The notes: generated by a model not told the origin, from the sequence alone. DNA of 64,000 nucleotides from Anaerolineae bacterium (GCA_050949345.1 JBMNFN010000001.1:706931-770930), one strand, 5' to 3'. Counted from the first letter of the stretch, positions 45,528 through 58,720 are shown. Made by a program: numbers and translations.

Positions 45528-46511
45528 ATGGCCGAGATCGATATCCTCATCGTCAGCTGGAACGTGCGTGACCTGCTGGCCGCCTGTCTGCGGTCCATCC
45601 TCGCTCAGCCGGGTGCCGGCAACCCCGAAGCGGACGGAACCCTCCCCCTGAACGGATACCGGGTGCGTGTGTGGGTGGTGGACAATGCCTCGCAGGATGA
45701 CACTCCCAACATGCTGCGGGCAGAGTTTGGATGGGTGCAGCTCATCGTCAGCGAGGAGAATCTGGGCTTTACCGGCGGCAACAATCTGGGACTGCAGCAT
45801 TGTCGCGGTGATTATGTCCTGTTGCTCAACCCGGACACCGAGCTGGCGCCAGGCGCCTTGCTGACCATGGTCGAGGCGCTGGCCGCCAGGGCAGAGATCG
45901 GCATCATCGGCCCACGGCTGGCCTATGGTGACGGGCGATCTCAACCCTCTCGACGCCGCTTTCCCACGCTGATGATGGCACTCTTTGAGAGCACCCTGCT
46001 GGAAGAGTGGTGGCCCCACAACCGATGGGCACGGGCTTTTCGCATGGAAGACGTGCCCGATGACCGGCAGCAGCGCGTCGATTGGCTTACCGGCGCCTGC
46101 CTGCTCACGCGCCGCAGTGTGTGGGACCAGATCGGTCTGCTGGATCCGATGTTCTTTATGTATTCTGAAGAGCTGGATTGGTGCCAGCGCGCATCCCAGG
46201 GGGGCTGGGGCTGCCTGTACGTCCCCGAGGCATTGGTGTACCATCATGAGGGACAGAGCAGCGGCCAGGTGTTGGCACGGCGACACTATCTCTTTCACTC
46301 GAGCAAGGTGCTATACTGGGCCAAGCACCACGGTGCCTTGCAGGCAGAGTTGCTGCGCTGCTTTCTGTTGTGCACCTTTGCCCTTCAGTTCGTGAGAGAA
46401 GGGCTCAAGTGGCTGGTGGGCCATCGCCGTGACCTGCGCAGCGCGAGGATAGCAGCGTACGCGTCGGTGTTAAAGAGTGGGCTGCGACGCCCATCGGCCA
46501 CCGGGAGGTGA
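45528..46511 (+). CDS. Family 2 glycosyltransferase (GT-A)
   Basis: ILIVSWN, VVDNASQDDT, DxD-like LLNPDTEL, QxxRW-like region. The ATG overlaps the tatD stop. Confidence 0.8.
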   Translation: MAEIDILIVSWNVRDLLAACLRSILAQPGAGNPEADGTLPLNGYRVRVWVVDNASQDDTPNMLRAEFGWVQLIVSEENLGFTGGNNLGLQHCRGDYVLLLNPDTELAPGALLTMVEALAARAEIGIIGPRLAYGDGRSQPSRRRFPTLMMALFESTLLEEWWPHNRWARAFRMEDVPDDRQQRVDWLTGACLLTRRSVWDQIGLLDPMFFMYSEELDWCQRASQGGWGCLYVPEALVYHHEGQSSGQVLARRHYLFHSSKVLYWAKHHGALQAELLRCFLLCTFALQFVREGLKWLVGHRRDLRSARIAAYASVLKSGLRRPSATGR

Positions 46512-46514
46512 GGG

Positions 46515-47696
46515 ATGAAAGAACCGTTGCGCGTGTTGATGGTGACTGGTGAGTACCCGCCGATGGAGGGCGGCGTGGCCGACTTTACCTCCATCATCGT
46601 GGGACGCCTGGTGGAGCGTGGCGCGCGGGTGGAGATCCTCACATCCGTTGGAGCTGAGGATGCGACCCGCGGCCACGATCAGGCTGCTGTGCATGCCACC
46701 ATGAGCCAATGGGGCTTTCGCGCGCTGTACAGGCAGCTGCACAGCCTGCTGTCCTCCTTTCAGCCTGACGTCATCAACGTCCAGTACCAGACGGCGGCCT
46801 TTGGCATGCAGCCAGCCATCAACTTTATGCCGCGCTTTACCCGGGGCGTTCCCGTGGTAGTCACCTTTCACGATCTGCGGGTACCCTACCTGCTCCCCAA
46901 GATGCCGCGGCTCCGGCAATGGGTGAACAGAACCCTGGCCCAAAAGGCGGCGGCCGTCATCGCCACCAATGCCCAGGATCGGGCGGATTTGCAGCAGTGG
47001 CCAGGGGTGCATCGGATCGAGGGAATCCCCATCGGCAGCAACATTCGTTTTCATCTGCCCGAAAACTATGATCGCGCCATCTGGCGAGGCCAGTGGGGCG
47101 TGTCACAACGCGATGTACTGCTCTCCTTTTTCGGCTTTCTGAATGACACCAAGGGTGCGGTAGAGTTGATCCAGGCACTGCATCGCTTGAAAAGGGATAA
47201 TGTTCCTGTCTGTTTGATGATGATCGGTGGCGCGGTGGCCTCCAGCAACGCGTCCAACCGCGAGTACTTTGATCGCGTGACGCAAACCATCGAACAACTC
47301 GGGCTGCAGGATGACGTCTTTTGGACCGGCTATTCGGCCAACGACCAGGTGTCCGCCGCTTTCCGGAGCTCGGATATCTGCGTGCTGCCTTTTTCGGATG
47401 GCGCCTCCTTTCGGCGCGGTTCTCTGATGGCAGCCCTTACCCACGGGACCGCCATCGTCAGCACACAGCCCCAGGTAGAGCTCCCTGAGATGGTGGACCG
47501 CGAGAACATCTATCTCGTACCGCCCCGTGACCCGGAGGCAATTGCCAATGCCGTCAAGGACATTGTGGAGCACCCCGAGTTAAAGCTGCGCCTGGAGCGT
47601 GGCGCTGACGAGCTCTCGCACCTGTTCGACTGGGACGGAATCGCCGACCGCACCTTGGATCTCTTTGAGACCGTCGCACACAGGACTGGTCGCTAG
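46515..47696 (+). CDS. Family 4 glycosyltransferase (GT-B, retaining)
   Basis: N-terminal RVLMVTGEYPPMEGGVADF. C-terminal EX7E-like region (PFSDGASFRRGSLMAALTHG). Confidence 0.8.
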   Translation: MKEPLRVLMVTGEYPPMEGGVADFTSIIVGRLVERGARVEILTSVGAEDATRGHDQAAVHATMSQWGFRALYRQLHSLLSSFQPDVINVQYQTAAFGMQPAINFMPRFTRGVPVVVTFHDLRVPYLLPKMPRLRQWVNRTLAQKAAAVIATNAQDRADLQQWPGVHRIEGIPIGSNIRFHLPENYDRAIWRGQWGVSQRDVLLSFFGFLNDTKGAVELIQALHRLKRDNVPVCLMMIGGAVASSNASNREYFDRVTQTIEQLGLQDDVFWTGYSANDQVSAAFRSSDICVLPFSDGASFRRGSLMAALTHGTAIVSTQPQVELPEMVDRENIYLVPPRDPEAIANAVKDIVEHPELKLRLERGADELSHLFDWDGIADRTLDLFETVAHRTGR

Positions 47697-47774
47697 CGGC
47701 CTGATGAAGAGATGTGCCAGAGTCGCTTCAGGCCTCGGCCTGTGTCCCACTCCGAGCCTGGCAGCAGAGGCCAG

Positions 47775-50567
47775 ATGAAGCGGTTGCGGGAGCGGTTAGA
47801 GCTGCGGGCACAAAACCTGCCCTGGAGTGCCTGGGTCTTGTTGCTGTTTGCATCAGGCCTGGCCATCCGTCTGTACCACTTGGGCAGCCAGTGCTTTTGG
47901 TTCGACGAGGCACAGACACTGTCCATCGCGCAGCTGCCGTTGGGCGAGATTTACCAGCGCGCCTACCGCCCCCCCCTGTATCATTACTTGCTGCACTTTT
48001 GGTCCCTCGTGGCGGGAAGGTCCGAGTTCTGGCTGCGGTTGCCCGGAGCGCTGGCCGGGGCGCTGGTTCCTCCCTTGCTCTATCTGCTGGGCAAGCACCT
48101 GTATGGGAAGCGGATCGGCCTGATCGCGGGTGCTCTCGCCGTGGTCTCTCCTGCCCTGGTGGCCTACTCGCAGGAGCTGCGGATGTACAGCCTGCTGGCC
48201 GTGCAGTTTGCCGCCCTGTGCGGGCTGGCCACGCCGCTGCTCGAGGATGATCGCCCCAGGGGCGTCGTCTCGCTGGGCTATGCCGTGCTCGCCATTTCAG
48301 CTCTGTACACCCATTACTTTGCGCTTCCTTTTATCGCCATCCTCGCGGCCTGGGGTGCTGTGGCGGCGCTGTTGGGTGGTCATCGGGCACGCCTGCGACG
48401 ATGGACTCTGCTGCATGCGGGGGCGGCGCTGGCTTTTGTCCCCTGGCTGCTGGTGATCACAGGCGGCCGGGGAGGAACCGGAGATTTTACCGATGCCACC
48501 GTAAGTCCAATCCTCAGCGAGGTGCCCGGTGTGGGCGCCTTTTTGGGACGGGTGTGGCTGTTCTTTGGCACAGGACCGGTGACCAGCGACTGGCCGCCTC
48601 TGCGGTGGCTTGCCTGGTGCCTTGCGGGATTGACCATCGTTGCCATCGCTGCAACAGCACTGCGTGCTGCCCTCTCCCTGCTTCGCCACAGCGCTGGTCC
48701 CGCCAAGCCCGAGGTTTGCGACCTGGCGCTGGTATGGCTTTTGCTGGCCCCTCTGACACTCGCCGGCGTAATGTACCATCTGCGACCGGGAACAGTCCAT
48801 CCACGCCACCTCACCATGCTGGCCATCCCACTGACACTGTTGCTTGCCCGTGCCGGCGACCTGCTCCGGTCCGTCCGCACCCGAGTGGCTCGTGCGCCGA
48901 TCGCCCTGCTCGGCACAGCATGGTGGTGCCTCCTCGGCTTGTTGTTTCTTGCCTCGACGGGACTCTACCTGGGCGATCCCAGGCTGCAACGGGCGGACGT
49001 GCGCTTGTTGGCCGAGCAGATCGAGGCGCGAGTGGCCGCGAGCGACGTGGTGCTGCTGCCCTATCAGGACTATGCCTTTGACTACTATTATCAGGGAGCC
49101 GCCAAGAGTTACTTTCTCGAGACACGGGTCGGAGATGAGGATCTGGTGGCGTGGGCCATGCCCTACCTGCAGGGCGCCCAGAGGGCGGTGCTGGTGCAAT
49201 GGGTGCATGCCCAATCCGATTCACGCTCCATGCTCGACTGGTTCCTTGAGGCCAACGGCCATCTGGTGGAACGTTTTTGGGTGGCAGAGCGCTGGGTCAA
49301 TGTGTACGATCTGGACCAGGATTTGGCCCTGCCCGAGGCACTCGCACGCGATGTGCGGTTCGGCCCTTTGCGCATGAGCGCGGTGCGGTTTTCACCGGCC
49401 CCACCCTCGGACGAGCGTGTGCCGATCGCCCTGCGCTGGGAGCTCGATTCCGAGACGGATACCGACTGGCGCGTCTCTTTGCGCCTGGTGGATGCCGGAG
49501 GCATGTTGCTCGCAGCGGACGATCGTCCGATCCTGGGCGAAAAGGCACCGGTGGGAACCAGTCTCTGGCGCGTCGGCACTGTTGCACACAACTATTACCT
49601 GCTGCCACCGAGCGCAGGACTGCCCCCGGTTGGCTACCGTGTGAAGGTGGTGGTTTATTCTGAGGAGGGGCCGCTTCAGGCGACCTCTGACGGCGAGCCT
49701 GCAGGCTCCGTAGTGGATGTCGGGGAGCTGGTACTGGCTCCGCCGCTGCAGGTCACGGCACCGCCGGCTCTGCCGGAGGATACCGTCACCCTGGATGCCG
49801 ATCTGAGTAAGGGATTGCGCATCGCCGGCATTGCCCCGCTTCCCGACAGCATCGAAGCGGGACAGCCGTTGCCGGTGGTGATCTACTGGCGTGCCATCGC
49901 GCAACTGCCCGCCGTGGAACCGGACATCGCCCTGATCGACGCTTCGGGCAGAGAAATCGCAAGGGATGCCGGCGCGCCCGTCTACGGGGGATATCCCACC
50001 GACCGGTGGCAAGTGGGCCAGCTGGTGAGCGACAGGCGGCTGCTGCATCCTGACCCTCAGGCAGAACCGGGCACGGCCGAGGTTATTGCCCGGCTGAATG
50101 GGCAAAGCGTACTTCTTGGCAGTATCGAGCTGACCCCCAGCGAGCGCGAGTTCTACGCCCCCCAGCCGCAAGTCACCCTCGAGGCGACCTTTGGGGAGTG
50201 GGCATCATTGGCGGGATACGACCTGGAGCCGGAGCTTGTTGCGGCGGGCGGTCCCCTGGCCCTGTCTCTCCACTGGGTGGCCCGTGCCGCCTCGTCCACC
50301 GACGCAGTAGTTTTTGTACAGCTGCTGACACCGGACGACCGTGTCATCGCCCAGGATGACAGTGCCCCCGCCCAGGGACGCTGGCCAACCTCAGGTTGGG
50401 TCCCGGGCCAGGTGGTGACAGACCGGCACGCGCTTCGTTTTACCGACACCGAGTACCGCGGCAAAGCGCGCCTGATCGCGGGGATGTACGACCCCAACAC
50501 CCTGACGCGCGTGCTCACCGCTGACGGACACGACCATGTGGTCCTCGCCACGGTGACCATACACTAG
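47775..50567 (+). CDS. GT-C membrane glycosyltransferase (PMT_2/ArnT-like, GT39/83-type) with three C-terminal repeated beta-rich domains
   Basis: N-terminal multi-TM region with DE loop motif (WFDEAQTLS) and the YR/PPLYHYLL helix typical of PMT_2. About 450 soluble C-terminal residues hold three ~100-aa repeats. Confidence 0.7.
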   Translation: MKRLRERLELRAQNLPWSAWVLLLFASGLAIRLYHLGSQCFWFDEAQTLSIAQLPLGEIYQRAYRPPLYHYLLHFWSLVAGRSEFWLRLPGALAGALVPPLLYLLGKHLYGKRIGLIAGALAVVSPALVAYSQELRMYSLLAVQFAALCGLATPLLEDDRPRGVVSLGYAVLAISALYTHYFALPFIAILAAWGAVAALLGGHRARLRRWTLLHAGAALAFVPWLLVITGGRGGTGDFTDATVSPILSEVPGVGAFLGRVWLFFGTGPVTSDWPPLRWLAWCLAGLTIVAIAATALRAALSLLRHSAGPAKPEVCDLALVWLLLAPLTLAGVMYHLRPGTVHPRHLTMLAIPLTLLLARAGDLLRSVRTRVARAPIALLGTAWWCLLGLLFLASTGLYLGDPRLQRADVRLLAEQIEARVAASDVVLLPYQDYAFDYYYQGAAKSYFLETRVGDEDLVAWAMPYLQGAQRAVLVQWVHAQSDSRSMLDWFLEANGHLVERFWVAERWVNVYDLDQDLALPEALARDVRFGPLRMSAVRFSPAPPSDERVPIALRWELDSETDTDWRVSLRLVDAGGMLLAADDRPILGEKAPVGTSLWRVGTVAHNYYLLPPSAGLPPVGYRVKVVVYSEEGPLQATSDGEPAGSVVDVGELVLAPPLQVTAPPALPEDTVTLDADLSKGLRIAGIAPLPDSIEAGQPLPVVIYWRAIAQLPAVEPDIALIDASGREIARDAGAPVYGGYPTDRWQVGQLVSDRRLLHPDPQAEPGTAEVIARLNGQSVLLGSIELTPSEREFYAPQPQVTLEATFGEWASLAGYDLEPELVAAGGPLALSLHWVARAASSTDAVVFVQLLTPDDRVIAQDDSAPAQGRWPTSGWVPGQVVTDRHALRFTDTEYRGKARLIAGMYDPNTLTRVLTADGHDHVVLATVTIH

Positions 50568-50671
50568 GCCCGGGCCCGCGGCCTGCCGGCGCTCGAGTGC
50601 AGCGTTTCGCAGCACCCACCGGCAGCGCTATAATGTCCAGATAGATGCACCTGCGTGAGGCACACCATTCG

Positions 50672-52942
50672 ATGACCATGGATTCGTCCAGCAGCCCTCG
50701 ACCACAGGTCCCGGCTTGGGGTTGGTGGGACCATATACCGCTGGCATTCGTTATTGGCGTATTTGTCGTTCTGGCGGCGCGATACGCTCTGGTGGTCCCC
50801 CCACTGGAGATGCCCGACGAGCCCTGGCACCTTCGCCGGGTGGCGACAGTGCTGGGGCGGACCCTGCCCGAGGGGCACCGGCTGTGGGCAGAGACAGAGA
50901 TGCGTTCCTCCGCCGATGCCCAGCCTCCTCTGTATTATGGCCTGGCTGCTTTGTTGACGGCCCCCATCAACTGGGACGCCGAACCGTCGGTGTATGAGCT
51001 CAACCCATACGTTCGCGTGGCGAACCTGTACGGCGTCACGAACCGCAATGCGATGTTTGCGCGCGTGCCCATGCACTGGGGCGATCCCCTCGGCCAAGTG
51101 TTAGCCGTCCTGCGTGGTATCTCTGTGTTGGCTGCGGCGGGCTCGGTCTATTGGACCTATCGCATCCTGCTGGTGATGTTCCGCGGCGACAGAGCCCTGG
51201 TCTGGACCGGACTGGTGCTTGCGGCGCTGCTGCCAGGGATGGTGTATCACGGCGCAGTGAGTGGACCGACCGCACTGGGCCACTGCCTCGGTCTGGCGAC
51301 AGCCTATTTTTCGTTGGATGCGGCCGCCACCGGCTACCCCTCGCTTGGACGCTTACGCCTCGCGGCGGTGTTGGCCGTTCTATGTGCGCTGACAGTGTGG
51401 TGGGGCTGGCTTGCCGTGGCGGTAGTGGCAGCTGCCCACACGCAGTATCGTCGCTCCAAGCCTGCTGCAACCAGCAGCATTCGACGCGAGTTGGCCCTCA
51501 CGCTTGGGCTGCTGGTATTGGTGGCGATGGCCTCGCCTGCCGGCCTGCTCCACTCTTCCCGGCTGTCCGGTGCGCAGAGCATGTGGGCCCCGGTCAGCGA
51601 GATGACCATCCCCCAACGGCTGGATCTGGCCTTGCGCAGCTATGTGGGAGTATTCGGCTGGCTGAACATCACCCTCGATCCAGCCATTTATACGGCACTG
51701 GGGGTGGTGGGCCTGCTGGGTCTCAGTGGACTGTTGTTGACGCTAGCCCACTGGCGCTGGCAAGGCCGATCACGCCTGCTTGATACAGGGTGGATTGGTA
51801 CTCGACTGGATCCTGTCAGGCGGATTGCGCTTGTCTGGGCGTTGTTTTCAGTGGTGATTGCTGCAGAACACCTCCTGCTGCCCCGACAGTACTACCTGGG
51901 GAGCACGTTTTTGTCTTCGAGCCCATTGTGGGGGTATCTGCTCGCCCTGGGGGTCCGCAGCTGGGCGCGCACCTATGGGCGCATCGTGTCCGGCGCGCTG
52001 GCCATCGTGGCGCTGGCCATCACCGTGGTGGCACCCAGCCTGTACATCCGACCAGCATACCTGCCCCCACAGCGCATCACGCTTCCACAGGTGCCCATTG
52101 ACGTCCACGCTCTGGATGTGAGCTATGGGGACAGCCTGTACCTGGTGGGCTACAAGCTCCAGCGTGGAACTGTGGAGCCGGGGGGGCACCTGCCCATTAC
52201 CCTGTACTGGCTGGCGCGCAGGCCCATGACCTCTGACTTTACCGTCAACCTGACGATGCTGGGCCGTAATGACGACATGCTATCCAATCTGTTCACCCGT
52301 GCCGGATCCAGCCTGCTCCCTTCGTCGCTGTGGGTGCCCGGCGATGTCATTGTGCAGGATGCGGTGCTGGCCGTCGACGCAGATGCCAGCATCCCCGTAG
52401 CAGGTCGGCTGGGCCTGACGGTGACGGAGGATGCCACAGGAACGGTCATCGAGCCGCGAAGCCCCGCAGGCGAGATGCTGCCGCCCGTGCTGGAGTTTGC
52501 CACCGTGCGGGTGGGGAGCGAGGAACCGGTTCCACTGCAGCCGGGAGTACCTCTGGATGTCAGTTTGGATGGACAGGTGACCCTCATCGGATATGAGGTG
52601 GCTCCAGCGGCGGATACCCTGCAGGTGACGCTGTACTGGCGCGCCGAGGGCCCGCTGTTGTACGACTATTCGGTGTTCGTCCATCTGGTGGACCGCCAGG
52701 GCAACATTCTGGAACAGGCCGATGGCACACCGATGAACGGCGAATTTCCCACCGGGCTTTGGCTGATGGGAGAGCAGGTGAGTGACACGCACCTGCTGCA
52801 GATTCCGGCAGACCTGCCACAGGGATGGTATTGGCTGCAGGTGGGGATGTATCGACTGGACACGCTGGAGCGCTTGCCAGTCCAAGGCTCGGATCCCGTC
52901 ACAGATTTCGTGCGCGTTGGACCGGTGAGACTGCAACCCTGA
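50672..52942 (+). CDS. Second GT-C-like membrane glycosyltransferase with two copies of the same C-terminal repeat domain
   Basis: About 450-aa polytopic N-terminal region with PDEPWH loop. The C-terminal repeats (LIGYEVAPAADTLQVTLYWRA..., YLVGYKLQRGTVEPGGHLPITLYWLA...) are homologous to those of the upstream protein. Confidence 0.55.
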   Translation: MTMDSSSSPRPQVPAWGWWDHIPLAFVIGVFVVLAARYALVVPPLEMPDEPWHLRRVATVLGRTLPEGHRLWAETEMRSSADAQPPLYYGLAALLTAPINWDAEPSVYELNPYVRVANLYGVTNRNAMFARVPMHWGDPLGQVLAVLRGISVLAAAGSVYWTYRILLVMFRGDRALVWTGLVLAALLPGMVYHGAVSGPTALGHCLGLATAYFSLDAAATGYPSLGRLRLAAVLAVLCALTVWWGWLAVAVVAAAHTQYRRSKPAATSSIRRELALTLGLLVLVAMASPAGLLHSSRLSGAQSMWAPVSEMTIPQRLDLALRSYVGVFGWLNITLDPAIYTALGVVGLLGLSGLLLTLAHWRWQGRSRLLDTGWIGTRLDPVRRIALVWALFSVVIAAEHLLLPRQYYLGSTFLSSSPLWGYLLALGVRSWARTYGRIVSGALAIVALAITVVAPSLYIRPAYLPPQRITLPQVPIDVHALDVSYGDSLYLVGYKLQRGTVEPGGHLPITLYWLARRPMTSDFTVNLTMLGRNDDMLSNLFTRAGSSLLPSSLWVPGDVIVQDAVLAVDADASIPVAGRLGLTVTEDATGTVIEPRSPAGEMLPPVLEFATVRVGSEEPVPLQPGVPLDVSLDGQVTLIGYEVAPAADTLQVTLYWRAEGPLLYDYSVFVHLVDRQGNILEQADGTPMNGEFPTGLWLMGEQVSDTHLLQIPADLPQGWYWLQVGMYRLDTLERLPVQGSDPVTDFVRVGPVRLQP

Positions 52943-53067
52943 TTCGAGCCTGCAGAATACTTACAACAGCGGTTTCCGCAGAGAGCCACGGGCAAGAAGA
53001 ATCCGCCAGCTCTGCGATGGAAGCCGTTGGCAACAGGGTGCGTGCAACTGTTCCGCGAGGCAGTGGA

Positions 53068-54081
53068 ATGTCAGACGACATCGCCCAGCGTCACGTCAGG
53101 GCCACCCATATCAGGCGCTTTGAGCCGTCCCTCCACCTGGCGGCCTTGGCGGATCTGGTGGAAAGCAGCTTTGCAGAGGATCTCGCTCGCACCAGAAATC
53201 CCATCACCGCTGAAATGCGTGAGATGGCTACCTGGGGACCACTGCTGCGCCTTCCAGGGGTGATGGGGCGCCAACGCCATGGACTGGTTTGGGTCGAACA
53301 AGACACCTTGCTGGGCAACGTCTCTATCACGCACGAGGGCGGCGGTGTTTGGTCTCTGAGCAACATCGCTGTGGTGCCCGAGGCCCGGGGGCGAGGAATC
53401 GCCTCTGCGCTCGTGGACGAGACCATCGCCCGGCTCCGCCACCGTGGGGCGCGATACGTGGTGCTCCAGGTTCGGCCAGACAATGCCATCGCACGGGGGC
53501 TGTATCAGCGTCGCGGTTTCATTCTGGCGGATCGCGTTCACGAGCTGGTACTCACCCGTCAAAGGTGGCCGCTCACCGTCGCTGTGCGCTCAACCCCAAT
53601 GAACGTAAGGGCTGCCACCCGGCGCGATCGCCCAGGGATCACCCAACTGGTAGAGATGGCCCGCCCGCCCCTGTGGCAACGGGTGCAGCGGTACTCACAG
53701 CGCCGCCGCTGGGCGCTATGGAGTGGCTCCCTGTGGCGAGCTCTGAGCACAGGGATCGACTGGGCGGATCGCTGCGGCTGTGTCGCCGAGGGCATGGGCC
53801 AATTGGTCGGCGCAGCCTGGATGACTGTACGTCCGTGGTCCCCTGTGTACGAGCTCGGACTGGCTCTGTCTCGGCAGGCAACCGCAGCCCTCGCCCTGAG
53901 GATGGCCGAGTGGTTGTTCGGCGAGATGGACCACCTGGTGCGCAAGGATGTGCACGCCACCGTTTCCACACAACAGACCGAGGCGCTGGAAGCACTGCGC
54001 TCCTTTGGATTTGAGACGATGCGCGTGCTGGATCGGATGGTGCTCAGCCTCGGCGATGCGGAGGTTGGCCTGCCCGGGTGA
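53068..54081 (+). CDS. GNAT-family N-acetyltransferase (two GNAT-like halves)
   Basis: IAVVPEARGRGIASALVDETIARLRHRGARYVVLQV...NAIARGLYQRRGF matches acetyl-CoA binding motifs A/B. Start chosen at the Met at 53068. Confidence 0.6.
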   Translation: MSDDIAQRHVRATHIRRFEPSLHLAALADLVESSFAEDLARTRNPITAEMREMATWGPLLRLPGVMGRQRHGLVWVEQDTLLGNVSITHEGGGVWSLSNIAVVPEARGRGIASALVDETIARLRHRGARYVVLQVRPDNAIARGLYQRRGFILADRVHELVLTRQRWPLTVAVRSTPMNVRAATRRDRPGITQLVEMARPPLWQRVQRYSQRRRWALWSGSLWRALSTGIDWADRCGCVAEGMGQLVGAAWMTVRPWSPVYELGLALSRQATAALALRMAEWLFGEMDHLVRKDVHATVSTQQTEALEALRSFGFETMRVLDRMVLSLGDAEVGLPG

Positions 54082-54241
54082 GTTACAGGACGGCCGCTGT
54101 GAGCGGGCAGACAGAAGATGCCAAGGCCCACCGCACCACACCGGGTGACGCATCGTCGCACGATGGTAATCGTGCGACAGGATCGAATTGCCTGGCGCAA
54201 AGGGCGCAGGCACTCCACAGAGCGCCTGCGCCTCCGAGCGA

Positions 54242-55201
54242 CTAGCGAATGATCTTGCGCGCCTCGGCCAGCCACTCGCTGAGGATTCCGCTGCGGATGA
54301 TGCTGCGCAGCACCAGTGCCAGCACGCCCGCACCGATCAGGATAAAGAGGAGACCGCGCATCGGTCGGGATATGAACTGCAGCGTGAGATAGTAGACGAA
54401 CTGCGGAAACGGTTGCATGCGATAGAGGTGTGTCAGCAGGTAGGCGATTCCGAGGCTCAGCCCCAGAGCGCCAAAGGTGATGAAAAAGAGCCAGCGTGCG
54501 ATATCGCTGCGCTCCACCCTGGCCCGCCCCGTCTGCTCCTCCAGCTCACGGGCCCGCTCTGAAAGCAGGACCATGGACTTGACCCGCGCCTCGCCCTCGG
54601 CGAGTGCTTCGGGCGTCACCGTCGCGGGCACAGAACGCGGCTCTCCGACGTGCCGCGTGATTTCTTCCTCCACCTGGATGTATTGCACCGCCGTGCTCAG
54701 ATCGCTGGCAACAGGAAAGTCCCTCTCCAAGTCAGCTCGGCCGAACACGTCCTCGATAGAGCGCTTGCCCAGAATCACAATGGGGCGCACGCCGGCCTGC
54801 TGCGCGGTATAGACATCTTCCAGCGAGTCGGCCAGCAGATAGCAATGCTCGGGCTGGAGCCCAAAACGCCGCACGGCAGCCCAAACGATGCCGGGCGCCG
54901 CCGCACGCTCGCCCCGCACATCCGGCAGGTCGGAAAAAGTGATCGAGACGTCCACCTGGCCACCGCCAGCCTGCAGTTGACTGGAGGATTCAGCCAGTCG
55001 ACGGGACATCGCAGCACCTTCAGCGGAAGGATCCACCCCATCCGACTGGGCCCCACAGAGCACCACAAAGCCCTCACCGTTACGCAACATGCGTACCGCC
55101 TCGATGGTAGCGGGCATCAACTTCCAATCGGGCTCGGGATCCACCGTATCGATGTGACTGTCTCGCAGCAGGCTGGCTTGATGAATGAAAACCGCCCTCA
55201 T
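54242..55201 (-). CDS. HAD-like domain protein (GmhB/HisB-like subfamily) fused to a C-terminal membrane region
   Basis: HAD-IIIA-like fold (VVLCGAQSD, LLADSLEDV), but the first Asp of motif I is not conserved (AVFIHQAS). Two or three C-terminal TM helices. Confidence 0.45.
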   Translation of the reverse strand: MRAVFIHQASLLRDSHIDTVDPEPDWKLMPATIEAVRMLRNGEGFVVLCGAQSDGVDPSAEGAAMSRRLAESSSQLQAGGGQVDVSITFSDLPDVRGERAAAPGIVWAAVRRFGLQPEHCYLLADSLEDVYTAQQAGVRPIVILGKRSIEDVFGRADLERDFPVASDLSTAVQYIQVEEEITRHVGEPRSVPATVTPEALAEGEARVKSMVLLSERARELEEQTGRARVERSDIARWLFFITFGALGLSLGIAYLLTHLYRMQPFPQFVYYLTLQFISRPMRGLLFILIGAGVLALVLRSIIRSGILSEWLAEARKIIR

Positions 55202-55731
55202 CGCAACTCGGTATCCTGACTGGGCTGCGGATCCTGCCCTGTAAGCCCTGCTTCGTCGTCAGCCGAGGGCGCAGCTGCGGTCTGCTCACTGACTGAACTG
55301 GGCACCGACTGCACCTCCACACCGCCGGCCTCCAGCAGTTGTGGATCGCTGGCAGCGGGCAGAGCGTCCACATCCTGCCCGTCCATATAGCACTGGCCCC
55401 GGAACAAGCCCCCTTCGTCGATCATCATCGACCCTACCGATACCTCGCCAAAAACGCGACCGGAGGACAGGATCTCGAGCCTGCCACTGGTCTTGACGGT
55501 GCCCTGGACCTGCCCCCAAACTTGGACAGCATTGGCACGGATGTCCGCGACGATGCGAGCGGAGGGTCCAATCACCAGGTTGCCCGCCGTCTCGATGGTT
55601 CCCTGCAGGACGCCATCGATACGGATATTGCCATCGGACTTGAGCACACCGCGAAAATCGGTGCTGGTGCCCAACACCGTCTCCAAACCACCCACTCCCA
55701 CAGGGGGGCGGTCACCTCCAAATAGTGGCAT
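55198..55731 (-). CDS. Bactofilin-family cytoskeletal protein
   Basis: Beta-helical DUF583 repeats (GNIRIDGVLQGTIETAGNLVIGPSARIVADIRANAVQVWGQVQGTV...). Confidence 0.7.
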   Translation of the reverse strand: MPLFGGDRPPVGVGGLETVLGTSTDFRGVLKSDGNIRIDGVLQGTIETAGNLVIGPSARIVADIRANAVQVWGQVQGTVKTSGRLEILSSGRVFGEVSVGSMMIDEGGLFRGQCYMDGQDVDALPAASDPQLLEAGGVEVQSVPSSVSEQTAAAPSADDEAGLTGQDPQPSQDTELR

Positions 55732-55799
55732 GTACGCTCTCCCTCTCGGCAACGAACCGCGCTGCGGGACCGCTGGTCCCGGCACCGGCAAATAACGAC

Positions 55800-56296
55800 T
55801 CAGCGTGTCGGCGCGTCCCCTTCTCGGGCAATACGCACCGCTTCCTGTTCCTCCTCACTCAGAGGACTGCTCGATACCCAGTTCTCCAGCGGGCGTGCGT
55901 ACAGGCGCGTGCTGGTGCGCCCGTGGAGGCTGCAAAGCACTACCCCCCGCCCGGTGGCATCGGCCAGGGCCAGCGCAAAGGAATAGTCGCCGCCGGTGTC
56001 CCCAAAGGGATTATACCGCACCAGCCCCACGTGACGCACCATGCGGGCGGTGTCGGCAACGATCCCCTGGCTCTGCTCTCGGAGCGTTGCGATATCCTGT
56101 GCGCTCTGTTCCACCCGGGCAATGTGCGCCAACAGGCCATCGGAGTTGTCGCCCTGCTGGCCGGCCTCCAGCACGCCGCTGTAGCGAGTTTGAAAGGCGC
56201 GATAGCGGCGCCAGTGCAGAAACACCACCACCGCCAAAGCCAGCAGAGCCAGATAGGCTACCGCCAGCGCAATCACCAGATACAAAGGAACGGACG

Positions 56297-56300
<4 letters not shown>
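55800..56300 (-). CDS. Hypothetical membrane-anchored protein (possibly DUF4446 family)
   Basis: N-terminal TM helix, then a soluble domain. Sits between rarA-fusion and bactofilin with 4-nt overlap to the former. Confidence 0.45.
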
Positions 56301-58543
<2,243 letters not shown>

Positions 58544-58720
58544 AGCCCGCCCTCGCGCCCTCCCTCTTTCAACTCTGCTCCCATTCTACCCCCACTCGCG
58601 GCCAGCGAACAAAGGCCCCCTGCGGTGACGGTGACGAACCTGGCACAATCCAGTACAATGGCGGCGTGCAACCTTGGGGCTGCTCCTGCGTATCGAGTGT
58701 GACATCAGGGAGGACGGCCG

